From a bacterium (GTDB taxonomy: Bacteria; UBA8248): a stretch of 64,000 bases of DNA. Position 1 is the stretch's first letter. Each line of letters starts with the position of its first letter. The stretch covers positions 1,568,001 to 1,632,000 of the forward strand of contig OZ253442.1 of NCBI GenBank assembly GCA_965261085.1, given 5' to 3'. Both the position numbers and the translations under genes were made by a program. The notes below the pieces were generated by a model. It did no database searches. It was not told the origin of the DNA and saw only the letters and a program-made list of their open reading frames with translations. This document shows, in pieces, positions 9,507-19,560 of this stretch.

Positions 9507-11237
9507 GTGAATGAATCAGTCGAGTCCGGGCCGGACTCATCCGGAGATAAGGACTCATTCTCAGGCGCGGAAAAAAAAGGACGACCCAACCGTCGCAGAC
9601 GCAGACGCGGCCGGAGGGGCGGGAAACGCGCAGAACACACGGAACGGCCGAATACATCCGCGAAAACCGAACCCGCCGTGCGCGCGCAAAACGGGGAGAA
9701 AACAGTTGCGCGCCCGGAAAACGGCGCATCGCGGGATGCCGATTCCCGGCGCAAGCCTCACGGGCGCAAGGGCAGGAACCGCCCGCGCGAAGAGCGGAGG
9801 CAAAGACCCAAACCGCAGGTCATCATCGCCGATCTGCCCGATACGAACGGCCTGCCCGTACTGGTGGACACCCACGCCCATCTCATCGACAAGGCGTTCG
9901 AGCCGGACCGCCAGGGGGTGGTGGAGCGCGCCATCGAGGAGGGGGTGCACTACATCATTTCGATGGGCACCTGCCTGGAGTCGAGCCGCGATACCCTGGA
10001 CCTCGCGGCGTCCTACGCGGGCGTCTACGCGGCGGTGGGCGTGCATCCGAGCGACGTCAAGGACGTAGACGAGCGAACCATCAGGGATATCGCCAGGCTC
10101 GCGGAGGATCCCAAAGCGGTGGCCGTCGGCGAGATCGGGCTGGACTACTACCGGGACAACGCCCCGCGCAAGACCCAGCGCAGGTGGTTTCGGGAGCAAA
10201 TCAGGCTGGCCGTCGAGGTGGGCAAGCCCATCGTCGTCCATTGCCGAGACGCGGCGGATGACGTTTATGAAGTACTCAATGAAGAAAAGGCGTGGCGCGC
10301 GGGCGGGGTCATCCATTGCTTCACGGGCGATGACGAGCAGGCGCGAAAATTTCTGGACATCGATTTTCATCTGGGCGCGGGCGGAGCCATCACCTTTTCG
10401 CGCTCAGAAGAACTCCGCGAAGTCTTCGAGCGCATCCCCATCGAGCGCGTGCTGCTCGAGACGGACAGCCCCTATCTCGCCCCCCCGCCCCACCGGGGCA
10501 AGCGAAACGAACCGGCTTACGTCGCGCGCGTGGCGGAGACCCTCGCCGAACTCCACGGGATGTCGACGGAGGAGGTGACGCGCCTCACCACGGAGAACGT
10601 GCGCCGCCTGTTCGGGGTAGGACCGGAACGCGACGGGGGGAGCATCGCCTATTCCCTCGGCGATACGCTGTATCTCAACATCACGAACGATTGCCAGAAT
10701 TCGTGTTTTTTCTGCGGTCTTCTGAGCGATTGCGTCTACAAGGGCCACAATCTGGCTCTTCAAGCAGAACCCGACGCGGGCGAGGTTCTCGCCGCCGTGG
10801 GCGACCCGTCCCGTTACGAGGAAGTCGTCTTTAGCGGATTCGGCGAGCCGACGCTTAGGCTCGACGTGGTGAAGGAGGTGGCGGGCGAGCTCAAGCGCCG
10901 GGGCGCCAGGCGAATCCGCCTGGTGACGAACGGACTTGCGAACAAGACGCACGAGAGAAACATTCTGCCCGAGTTGGGCGGCCTCGTGGACGCGATATCC
11001 ATCAGCATGCAGGCGGAAAGCCCCGAGGCCTATGCGAAAATCTGCAAGACCAAGGACATCGAAGACCCCTACCCGCTGGTCAAGGAGTTCGTCCGCTGGG
11101 CGAAGAACTACATCCCCGAAGTAGAGGTGACGGCGGTCAACATGTCCGGCCTCATCGACATCGAAGCGTGCGAGAAGGTGGCGACCGAGGAGTTGGGCGT
11201 GCCCTTCAGAGCGCACGATTACGTGCGGATGGATTAG
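9507..11237 (+). CDS. TatD-family nuclease fused to a TatD-associated radical SAM domain, with an Arg-rich N-terminal extension
   Basis: DTHAH, GVHP, GEIGLD, LETDSPYL, then LYLNITNDCQNSCFFC (CxxxCxxC) and GFGEPTLR. Confidence 0.9.
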   Translation: MNESVESGPDSSGDKDSFSGAEKKGRPNRRRRRRGRRGGKRAEHTERPNTSAKTEPAVRAQNGEKTVARPENGASRDADSRRKPHGRKGRNRPREERRQRPKPQVIIADLPDTNGLPVLVDTHAHLIDKAFEPDRQGVVERAIEEGVHYIISMGTCLESSRDTLDLAASYAGVYAAVGVHPSDVKDVDERTIRDIARLAEDPKAVAVGEIGLDYYRDNAPRKTQRRWFREQIRLAVEVGKPIVVHCRDAADDVYEVLNEEKAWRAGGVIHCFTGDDEQARKFLDIDFHLGAGGAITFSRSEELREVFERIPIERVLLETDSPYLAPPPHRGKRNEPAYVARVAETLAELHGMSTEEVTRLTTENVRRLFGVGPERDGGSIAYSLGDTLYLNITNDCQNSCFFCGLLSDCVYKGHNLALQAEPDAGEVLAAVGDPSRYEEVVFSGFGEPTLRLDVVKEVAGELKRRGARRIRLVTNGLANKTHERNILPELGGLVDAISISMQAESPEAYAKICKTKDIEDPYPLVKEFVRWAKNYIPEVEVTAVNMSGLIDIEACEKVATEELGVPFRAHDYVRMD

Positions 11238-11271
11238 GTCAATCCCGACCGATGAGGGAGGGGCTGTTTTT

Positions 11272-11598
11272 GTAGGGACAGGCCGCGTCCTGTCCCTACG
11301 GCGAAAACTTTTGTAGGGGTCGCATATATGCGACCCGCCTTTTTTCGGGTGGCCTGCGTGCCCACCTCTTCATACATCATACCTGAGAACACGCGGTAGG
11401 GGCGGTTCTCGAACGGTGGGACAGCCCCGAAGAGGGGCTGTCCCTACGGGGAACTCCCGTATGCGGGCAGGTTTTGTTCGTCGTTTCAAGCCGATACCTT
11501 CCCCGCCTGCGCGGGACGCATATATGCGTCCCCTACACTTACGTCTACGCGAATGAAGGGTGGACACACAGGTGGCAGACATATATGTCTGACCCTAC
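11272..11598. repeat. Cluster of GTAG-type REP-like palindromes
   Basis: GTAGGGACAG...CTGTCCCTAC, GTAGGGGTCGCATATATGCGACCC, GGGACGCATATATGCGTCCCCTAC and others. Relatives at about 12762, 30314, 30470, 43608 and 47738. Confidence 0.75.
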
Positions 11599-11810
11599 AA
11601 AAACCACCGCAATCCGGGATATTCTCCCCTGAGGGGGAGTAATTCCCCAAGCTAGTCGTTCCCGATCGAAAAGAAGTTTGCCGTCTACAGAACAATAAAC
11701 AACCCGGCCCCGTTGGGGTAGAATGGCCCCATGAATAACCGACATTCCCCGGAAAAATTTACGAGGCCCTTTCAGCCGAATCCGCGCATCATCCTTTGGA
11801 ACGACAGGCG

Positions 11811-12749
11811 ATGAACCGGCCCTTCTTCATCCTCTCACTCGACGGCGGGGGCTCGCTCGGGGTCTACACCCTGGGCGTGCTGGCCGAGGTGGAGCGCATG
11901 CTGGGACGCCCCCTGCACGAGATGTTCGACCTTGCCTACGGCGTCAGCACGGGTTCGATCATCGCCTCGATGGTGGCCCTGGGCGACCCGGTCGAGCCGA
12001 CGATTGCGGAGCGCTATTTCGAGCTTGCGCCCGACGTGCTGGGGCCATTGCTCGCGCGCTCGAAGACAAAGGCGCTTGAGCGGCACTCCCAAAGAATCTA
12101 TGGCGAGAGAACTTTTGAGGATTTCACGATGGACGTCGGAATCCTCGCTACGCACGCGGAACATGATCGCCCCATGGTGTTCAAAAGAGTCGTCAAACAA
12201 GCCGGCGGCGGCCCCGATAGTTTCTTATCGGGCCGGGGCCTCAAAATATCGGATGCGATTATGGCGTCTTGCGCCGCCTATCCGTTCCTGAAATACAAGC
12301 GCATCGCCATGCCCATTCATGGTGAGCGCACCGCGCTCGATGGCGGGTTCACGGCGAACAACCCCACGCTTTTCGCCATCGCGGACGCCCTCGGGCCGCT
12401 CGGCGTCGCCCGGGAGGATATCCGCATACTGAGCGTCGGGACGGGCAGTTATCCCGAGACGCGCAAATGGACGCGGCGGATTATCGCAGGAGTACGGCCG
12501 ATCAAGACCTTCATGACGCTCTCGAGAACGAGTTCGAACACCGTCGATACGCTGCGCGATCTTTTCTTCCCGGACATTAAAACCCTGCGGATCAACGAGT
12601 CGTTCACCGACAGCGCCTATGAGACGGATTTCATGGAGCACGACCCGGGAAAGCTCAAGAGCATATTCCAACTCGGGCGCAAATCCTTCGAGGGCGCCGA
12701 GGCCTGCCTGCGGGATTTTTTCAAGGATGCGCAGCCGCAGGCGAAGTGA
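11811..12749 (+). CDS. Patatin-like phospholipase
   Basis: LSLDGGG glycine-rich loop, GVSTG nucleophile elbow, DGG catalytic Asp and LSVGTG. Confidence 0.9.
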   Translation: MNRPFFILSLDGGGSLGVYTLGVLAEVERMLGRPLHEMFDLAYGVSTGSIIASMVALGDPVEPTIAERYFELAPDVLGPLLARSKTKALERHSQRIYGERTFEDFTMDVGILATHAEHDRPMVFKRVVKQAGGGPDSFLSGRGLKISDAIMASCAAYPFLKYKRIAMPIHGERTALDGGFTANNPTLFAIADALGPLGVAREDIRILSVGTGSYPETRKWTRRIIAGVRPIKTFMTLSRTSSNTVDTLRDLFFPDIKTLRINESFTDSAYETDFMEHDPGKLKSIFQLGRKSFEGAEACLRDFFKDAQPQAK

Positions 12750-12963
12750 GGTTTTGACGTTGTAGGGGCGGACCTGCGTGTCCGCCCTTTTTTGTTTTCT
12801 TTCTTGTTCGCGTAAGTAGGTTCGTGGTTTTCCTGTTGCGGGCGGACACGCAGGTGGCAGACATATATGTCTGACCCTACGGTAGTCATCCCCGACCGGT
12901 AAAAGAACGCGCCCTTGAGGCGTGGATTCCATCCGCCCCCGTTTGGGGTAGAATGCCTCCGCT

Positions 12964-15900
12964 ATGGACAGACACTCATTTCATCCGCTGATTACGCGCT
13001 GGTTCTGTGAGAAATTCGGGGAGCCGAGCGCTCCCCAGGATGCGGGCTGGCCCGAGATAGCCACCGGGCGCGACACGCTCATCGCGGCCCCCACGGGCAC
13101 GGGCAAGACGCTGGCCGCCTTCTTGTGGTCTCTCGATTCACTCATTCGAGACGCGCTTGCGGGTGAACTCGAAGACGCCTGCCGCCTCGTCTACATCTCT
13201 CCCTTAAAAGCGCTCGGCAACGACATCCAGAAGAACTTGCAGGAGCCTTTGAGCGAAATCCGCGCGCTCGCGCGAGAAGAGGGCGTGGAGCTTCCCGAGA
13301 TCCGCGTGGCGGTGCGCTCGGGCGACACGCCCGCGCGAGAGCGCAGGCTCATGCTCAAAAAACGCCCCCACATCCTCATCACCACGCCTGAATCGCTCTA
13401 TATCCTCTTAACGGCCGAGCGAAGCCGGAAGGTGCTGGAATCCGCGCGCGCCGTCATCGTGGATGAGATTCACGCGGTCGCAGGGGATAAGCGCGGCGCG
13501 CACCTGGCGCTTTCTCTGGAGCGGCTCGACGCGCTTTGTAATGATCGGCTCCAGCGCATCGGCCTGAGCGCCACGCAAAAGCCGATTGACGAGATAGCGC
13601 GCCTGCTCATCGGCGCGGGGAGGCGTAGGGAGGACGGTTCTCCTGATTGCGCTATCGTGGACGTGGGCCACAAGCGCGAGATGGCGCTCACAGTCGAGGT
13701 GGCCGATCTGGATATCGGCCCCATCGCCTCGCACGAGTACTGGGCCGAGGTGTTCGAGCGCATCGCCGCCCACATCGAGAGCCACCGCACCACCATCGTG
13801 TTCGTCCACACGAGGCGGCTGGCGGAGCGCGTCTCCCACCGGCTCACGGAGAAACTCGGCGAGGGGCGCGTGGCCGCGCACCACGGCTCCTTGTCGCGCA
13901 AAATCCGCTTAGACGCCGAAGAAAGACTCAAATCCGGCGCACTCGCGGCCATCGTCGCCACGGCGTCGCTCGAACTCGGAATCGACATCGGCCACGTCGA
14001 CCTCGTCTGCCACCTGGGCGCGCCGAGAACGCTCGCTTCCCTGCTTCAGCGCGTGGGGCGTTCGGGCCACTGGAAGGGCGCGGTGCCGAAGGGAATCGTC
14101 TTTCCCCTGACGAGGGACGAACTGTTGCAAAGCGCCGCCGCGATTCGCTCGGTGCGGGGAGGCGCGCTCGACCTGGTGGTCTTCCCCAAAGCGCCCCTCG
14201 ACATCCTGGCCCAGCAGATGGTGGCCGAGGTCGCGGCGCAAGAAGAGGTGGAAGAAGAGGCGCTGTGGTCGCTCATCAGGCGCGCTCAGCCTTACGGGGA
14301 GCTTGAGCGGAGCGTTTTCGAGGACGTGCTCGAGATGCTCTCGGAAGGCATTTCCACCAGCCGGGGCAGGCGCACCGCCTACCTGCACAGAGACCGCGTG
14401 AACGCCCTCTTGAGACCGAGGCGCGGTGCGCGACTTTGCGCCATCACTTCGGGCGGCGCGATTCCCGACACGGCGGATTACGACGTGGTCGAAGGCGCGG
14501 CGGAGACCTTCGTGGGCAAGGTGAACGAGGATTTCGCCATCGAATCGAACGCGGGCGACATTTTCCTGCTCGGCAACCACTCCTGGCGCGTCAAGCGCGT
14601 GGAGCGCGGCAAGGTGCGCGTGGAGGACGCCGAGGGTCTTCCGCCCAACATCCCCTTCTGGCTGGGCGAGGCGCCCTCGCGCACGGCGGAACTCTCGGAA
14701 GCCGTCTCCGCGCTCAGGAGTGAGTTGGCGGGGCGTCTCGACGCTCCGGGCGAGGCGATTCGGTGGATGCGCGCCGAATGCGGGCTTTACGCCGCAGGCG
14801 CATCGCAGCTTATTGATTACGTGCGCGAGACCGTGCGGGTGCTGGGCCGCGTGCCCACGCAGGGCGAGATCGTGGCCGAGCGGTTTTTCGACGAGGCGGG
14901 CGGGATGCAGCTCGTGATTCACTCGCCTTATGGAGGGCGCATCAACCGCGCGTGGGGCCATACGCTCAGGAAGCGCTTTTGCCTCACGTTCGATTTCGAA
15001 CTCCAGGCCGCCGCCACGGACGACGGCATCGTACTCTCGCTCTCATCGCAGCACAGCTTTCCGCTCGAATCGATTTTCGGCTACGCGCGCCTGGCTTCGC
15101 TCAAGAAAGACATGCTCCAGTCCGCCCTGCAGTCGCCCATGTTCACCAACCGCTGGCGCTGGAACGCCACGCGAGCCCTCGCCCTGCCGAGGCGCAGCGG
15201 GGGCAAGAAGGTGCCGGTCGCGATTCAGCGCATGCGCGCGGAGGATTTGCTCGCCGCCGTCTTCCCGGCTCAACTCGCATGTCAGGACAACCACCACGGC
15301 CCCATCGAGCCTCCCGACCATCCCCTGGTGAACGAGACGGTGGAGAACTGCCTGACGGAAGCAATGGACATCGAGAGTCTGAGGGCGCTCATCGCCGAGG
15401 TCGAAAGCGGAAAAATCATGACTTTCGGCGTCGAGACACCAGCGCCCTCGCTCATGTCGCACGAGATACTGAACGCGAATCCCTACGCCTTCATCGACGA
15501 CGCTCCATTGGAGGAGCGCCGCTCACGCGCGGTGCCGCTCAGGCGCGCCCTGCCCGATGACGCGGAAAACGCCCGGCTCGACGCAGACGTCATCGAAGAA
15601 GTTTGCGAGCAGGCCTGGCCTGCTCCGCGCGACGCGGATGAGCTGCACGACGCGCTGCTCTCTCTTTGCGTGCTGCCGGTGGAGGAAGCGGGCGAATGGT
15701 CCGCCTGGGTGGATGAACTCCTCGCCCGGAACCGCGTGGCGAAAGCGGCTTGGGGGGCGGAGGGCGTCGAACGGGAAGGCTTGGTTCCGGCGGAGAGAAT
15801 GGCGCTGATACGCGCTGCGATCCCCGGAATCAAGCTCACGCCAGAGTCGATTCCCTTCCAGGGGGATGAGGCGGAAACGCCCGCGCAGGATGAGGCGGCT

Positions 15901-17289
15901 CTCGCTCTCGTTCGGGGGTGGATGGAGGCGTCGGGCCCCGTGACCGCCGAGGAGCTCGCCTCGCGGGTCGGCCTCGCGTTGCCGGACGTCAATATCGCCC
16001 TGGCCGCTTTGGAAGGAGAAGGAGCGGTTCTGCGGGGCCGCTTCGCGCGCCTTGCGCCCGAGGCCGAAATCGAATGGTGCGACCGCGTATTGTTGGCCCG
16101 CATCCACAGGATGACGCTCGGCAAGTTGAGACGGGAGATAGAACCCGTCACGGCGGCGGATTTTATCCGCTATCTGCTCAGGTGGCAGCACGTGCACGAG
16201 GACGCCATGCTGCACGGGCGCGACGGCGTGCTCGAGGTGATCCGCCGGCTTCAGGGGCTGGAGCTTCCAGCGCCCGCCTGGGAGGAGCGGATTCTTCCCG
16301 CGCGAATCAAGAACTACGACGCAGCCGATCTGGAGGCGCTTTGCCTCTCGGGCCTCGTCGCGTGGGGACGCCTGCGACCGGGCGCTCCGCCCGAGCCGCT
16401 CGATGTTCCGGAGAGCGGGAGCCGATCCAGAGGGACCCAGAAGGCGCAGCCTTCGCGCCGGGCCCTTCTGGCCTTTCTGTTGAGAGAGGAGGTGGGGCTG
16501 TTCCTGAAACCACGCGAAACCGAAGATGCCTGGCGGGGGAATCTATCTCGCACGGCGCGTGAGATACTCGATTTTCTGAAGGACAGGGGGGCCTCTTTTC
16601 TGGCCGACATCACGGCGGCGACGGGCAGGCTCAGAACCGAAGCCGAAGAGGCGCTTTGGGAACTCGTCGCGCGCGGTCTGGTGACGGGCGACGGCGTGGC
16701 GGGTCTCAGGGCCCTGATAGCGAGCGCGAAGGAGAAGAAAAAGGGCGAGCGGCGGCTGCGCGCCCTGCCGGGCGGGAGGGCCATATCGCGCGAGGCGAAA
16801 AAGCGCTTCATGCCCGTGGGCCGCTGGTCGCTTTGGGGAAGCGCTATCGCCCCGCTCGATGAGGAGGCCGTGCGCGAGGCCTATGCGCGGCAGTTGCTCA
16901 AACGCTACGGTGTCGTGCTCCGCGAGTTGGCCGTGCGCGAGGCCGCCGCTCCGCGCTGGCGTGAAATGGTGCGCGTATTCAGACGCCTGGAAGCGAAGGG
17001 CGAGATTCGGGGCGGGCGCTTCGTCTCGGGCTTCATGGGCGAGCAGTTCGCCTTGCCCGAGGCGGTGGAGGCCCTGCGCGCCGTGAGGAGGATTCCGGCG
17101 CGGGGCAAGCCCACCATGGTTCATGCGAGCGACCCGATGAATCTGGTGGGCGTCATCGCGCCCGGATCTAAAATTTCGGCCAGATCGCGCGACGTCATCC
17201 TCTACCGCGACGGCCTGGTGGCCGACAGCGGCCCGCTAGGCGAGGTGAGGAGTCGTCTTGCGAATGAATCCCTCACGGGCGGGGGGTAG
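12964..17289 (+). CDS. lhr: Lhr-family SF2 helicase with C-terminal winged-helix region
   Basis: APTGTGKT, SPLKAL, TTPES, DEIH, HHGSL, LELGIDIG, QRVGRSGH and C-terminal GEIRGGRFV. Confidence 0.92.
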   Translation: MDRHSFHPLITRWFCEKFGEPSAPQDAGWPEIATGRDTLIAAPTGTGKTLAAFLWSLDSLIRDALAGELEDACRLVYISPLKALGNDIQKNLQEPLSEIRALAREEGVELPEIRVAVRSGDTPARERRLMLKKRPHILITTPESLYILLTAERSRKVLESARAVIVDEIHAVAGDKRGAHLALSLERLDALCNDRLQRIGLSATQKPIDEIARLLIGAGRRREDGSPDCAIVDVGHKREMALTVEVADLDIGPIASHEYWAEVFERIAAHIESHRTTIVFVHTRRLAERVSHRLTEKLGEGRVAAHHGSLSRKIRLDAEERLKSGALAAIVATASLELGIDIGHVDLVCHLGAPRTLASLLQRVGRSGHWKGAVPKGIVFPLTRDELLQSAAAIRSVRGGALDLVVFPKAPLDILAQQMVAEVAAQEEVEEEALWSLIRRAQPYGELERSVFEDVLEMLSEGISTSRGRRTAYLHRDRVNALLRPRRGARLCAITSGGAIPDTADYDVVEGAAETFVGKVNEDFAIESNAGDIFLLGNHSWRVKRVERGKVRVEDAEGLPPNIPFWLGEAPSRTAELSEAVSALRSELAGRLDAPGEAIRWMRAECGLYAAGASQLIDYVRETVRVLGRVPTQGEIVAERFFDEAGGMQLVIHSPYGGRINRAWGHTLRKRFCLTFDFELQAAATDDGIVLSLSSQHSFPLESIFGYARLASLKKDMLQSALQSPMFTNRWRWNATRALALPRRSGGKKVPVAIQRMRAEDLLAAVFPAQLACQDNHHGPIEPPDHPLVNETVENCLTEAMDIESLRALIAEVESGKIMTFGVETPAPSLMSHEILNANPYAFIDDAPLEERRSRAVPLRRALPDDAENARLDADVIEEVCEQAWPAPRDADELHDALLSLCVLPVEEAGEWSAWVDELLARNRVAKAAWGAEGVEREGLVPAERMALIRAAIPGIKLTPESIPFQGDEAETPAQDEAALALVRGWMEASGPVTAEELASRVGLALPDVNIALAALEGEGAVLRGRFARLAPEAEIEWCDRVLLARIHRMTLGKLRREIEPVTAADFIRYLLRWQHVHEDAMLHGRDGVLEVIRRLQGLELPAPAWEERILPARIKNYDAADLEALCLSGLVAWGRLRPGAPPEPLDVPESGSRSRGTQKAQPSRRALLAFLLREEVGLFLKPRETEDAWRGNLSRTAREILDFLKDRGASFLADITAATGRLRTEAEEALWELVARGLVTGDGVAGLRALIASAKEKKKGERRLRALPGGRAISREAKKRFMPVGRWSLWGSAIAPLDEEAVREAYARQLLKRYGVVLRELAVREAAAPRWREMVRVFRRLEAKGEIRGGRFVSGFMGEQFALPEAVEALRAVRRIPARGKPTMVHASDPMNLVGVIAPGSKISARSRDVILYRDGLVADSGPLGEVRSRLANESLTGGG

Positions 17290-17303
17290 CGGATCAGTGA
17301 ATG

Positions 17304-17780
17304 ACCCCCCACCGGCGCGACTTCGGGCTTCGCCCTCGTCTTGCCGACAATCCCTCATTCTTCAATCGGCAATCGCTCCTTCCTCAGTCGCGATTGACCC
17401 TCAAGGGGGGAGTAATCAAACGCTCGAAACGATGTAGATGAAATATTATTCCAATCGAGATGCCACTTCAAAATCACTCCCCCCTTGAGGGTCAATTCCG
17501 ACCGAGGAGGGAGGGAGTGTCGCAGAAGCCGAGCGCTGGCGAAGGCTGATGCGGTGGGGGGTCAAACCGGACAGATGAGGGGTTATTCAACAACCCCTGC
17601 CCGGTCGGGTTTGACACCGGAATGACGGCGGAATGGTTCAGTCTCGTCGGATGCGAGGGGGTGTAGGTGGCGGTCCCTCCCTCTCCGGTCGGAACCGACT
17701 CTTCGGGGCCGCCCCACGCATATATGCGACCCTCCTTTTTCGCCTTCCAGCGATGGGCCGCATGTATGCGGCCCCTACAA
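17304..17780. repeat. Mosaic of palindromic intergenic repeats (CTCCCCCTTGAGGGGGAG family, 21-nt micro-element, solo IS1182-type end, GTAG REP)
   Basis: 17304-17415 is the approximate reverse complement of 47615-47705. 17474-17561 matches 18678-18742. GGGGTTATTCAACAACCCC at 17579. Confidence 0.75.
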
Positions 17781-17830
17781 ATAGAGAGTTCATCGATTGG
17801 ATGGACGATGAATCCTCCGCGCCTTTCTCT

Positions 17831-17867
17831 AAAAAAGAAAACCCCGGCGAATCGCGCCGGGGTTTTC
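17831..17867 (-). terminator. Rho-independent terminator of the cytochrome c' gene
   Basis: GAAAACCCCGGCG stem with matching arm, followed by a U-tract on the minus strand. Confidence 0.8.
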
Positions 17868-17886
17868 CTGTATCTTTCAGGTCTCG

Positions 17887-18432
17887 TTATTTCTTTTTTT
17901 TCTTCTTCCTGAACGACTTGTGGCATGCTCCGCATTGTTTGCCGATAAGGCCCACAGCCTTCTTGATGGCCGCCGGGCCGCCCTTGTAGTGGATTTGCGC
18001 CAAGACGGCGGCGTTCGCGGCCAGACCGTCCGCAATGAGAGCGAATTTCGCCTTGTCCTTCCAGATGGCGGCGGTCGATGTCGTCTTGCCCGCCAGGGTG
18101 TTTTTCTTGAACGCCTTTTTGATCTTGCTCGCTTTCTTGTACATGTCCCCGGCGGCCTGGCGCACCTGCTCCTCGACCACCCAGCCGCTGCCTTGCTTCA
18201 TCGCGGTTTTCAGGCGCTTCATGTCGGCGCCGATGCCGCGCATGAGTTTCTTCCGCGCCGTGACGGCGGGGTCCTCACCGCCCTTCATCATCTTCTTGCC
18301 CATTATCTTGTCTTTCATGCCCGTCATTGCTTTCTTCATCTTGCCCATCATCTGGTCGTCCGCGCAGCCCGTAATGAGCGCGCCCGCGACCACTAGAACG
18401 GCCAGGCTTCTGAATACGTCTTGTTTTTTCAT
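17887..18432 (-). CDS. Class II cytochrome c (c'/c556-like), predicted lipoprotein
   Basis: C-terminal CGACH, ARKKLM and AIWKD motifs; lipobox ITGC. Confidence 0.85.
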   Translation of the reverse strand: MKKQDVFRSLAVLVVAGALITGCADDQMMGKMKKAMTGMKDKIMGKKMMKGGEDPAVTARKKLMRGIGADMKRLKTAMKQGSGWVVEEQVRQAAGDMYKKASKIKKAFKKNTLAGKTTSTAAIWKDKAKFALIADGLAANAAVLAQIHYKGGPAAIKKAVGLIGKQCGACHKSFRKKKKKK

Positions 18433-18677
18433 GACCGGATTTCCCCCACAAAATCAGAAACGAAAAAGAACGCTCAGGCGGACCTGAATGAAACCCTCTT
18501 GCGCCGAAGCGCGTGAAAACCAAGCATGGGCGGATATTTACCCAGCTTCACTGTGTATGGCCTCATATTAGCCTAAAAGAGGTCAAGCGGCCAGCCCGAA
18601 AAACGGGTGGGGGCGGGGCGCTTCAAAGGGGTAGTGTTTTCAGGGATGGGCATTTCCTCGCTCTTTAGTCGGAAATT

Positions 18678-18885
18678 ACTCCCCCCTTGAGGGGGAGTCG
18701 CAGAAGTCGAGTCCGTGGACGAAGGCTGATGCGGTGGGGGGTATGATTCTAAAATAAAAGTACCCCCCACCGGTTCGCTTTCGGGCTTGCGCCCTTACCT
18801 TACCGACTCCCCCTCAAGGGGGGAGTGATTTTTAGCGCTATCAAGGGGGGAGTGATGCCCCGAGGTCAATCCCGACAGGGGCGGG
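18678..18885. repeat. CTCCCCCTTGAGGGGGAG-type palindromic repeat cluster
   Basis: Paired hairpins at 18678-18698 and 18807-18826; similar to the copies at 17474 and 47615. Confidence 0.7.
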
Positions 18886-19128
18886 TAAGTCCGCACGCCT
18901 TCATTCCCGCGCCGTCGGGGCGGCGTTGATCCCGAGGCCCATTTGTGAAACCTTGGGACATTCCGAGGGATTCATGAGCGTCTTGCCTTCCATTCCGGCG
19001 AAGGCCGGACGGGGAGGAGAGATGAGAGACGCCGCGATGTCCGCGGCGTGAAATCTTTATTTCATTTGCCGGGTCGCTCGGCCCGAACCGCTTCCGGTCG
19101 GGCGGCCCCATTTGCGAAAGGAGTGAAC

Positions 19129-19422
19129 ATGAGCGCATTCGTGGTCGGACACATCACCGTCAAGGACGAAGAAGGATTCAACAACTACGCCGAACAGGGA
19201 CTCGCCATCGTCGCCTCCGTCGGGGGCGAGTTCGTGCTGGGCGGAGAACTCGTAAAGGTTCTCACCGGCGAGCACGACAGGCAGATGTTCGTCCTCCTGA
19301 AATTTCCCGACCAGGAGGCTGTGGAGAAATGGTATTACTCGGACGGCTACCAGGCCCTGATTCCCGGCCGCAACGAGGCGGTGGACATCACCTTCATCTC
19401 CTATGACGAGCCGTCGGAGTAA
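19129..19422 (+). CDS. DUF1330-family protein
   Basis: MSAFVVGHITVKD...FPDQEAVEKWYYSDGYQALIPGR; AAGGAG RBS. Confidence 0.85.
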   Translation: MSAFVVGHITVKDEEGFNNYAEQGLAIVASVGGEFVLGGELVKVLTGEHDRQMFVLLKFPDQEAVEKWYYSDGYQALIPGRNEAVDITFISYDEPSE

Positions 19423-19560
19423 GCATTTGAGGAGGGGGGACGCTCGGGCTGGAGCGCCGTTGCCCGCTTCTCCCATCCAGTCTCCATGCGCGCCGGGAAT
19501 GCGCATCCGCTGCGCCGCGGCGTTGAGCGGCCCGGCTTTCCGAGCGGAGGAATTTGAGGG

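Noticed and set aside
11811-12749. CBASS system (CapV-like patatin)
   Set aside because: No CD-NTase or cap accessory genes are adjacent.
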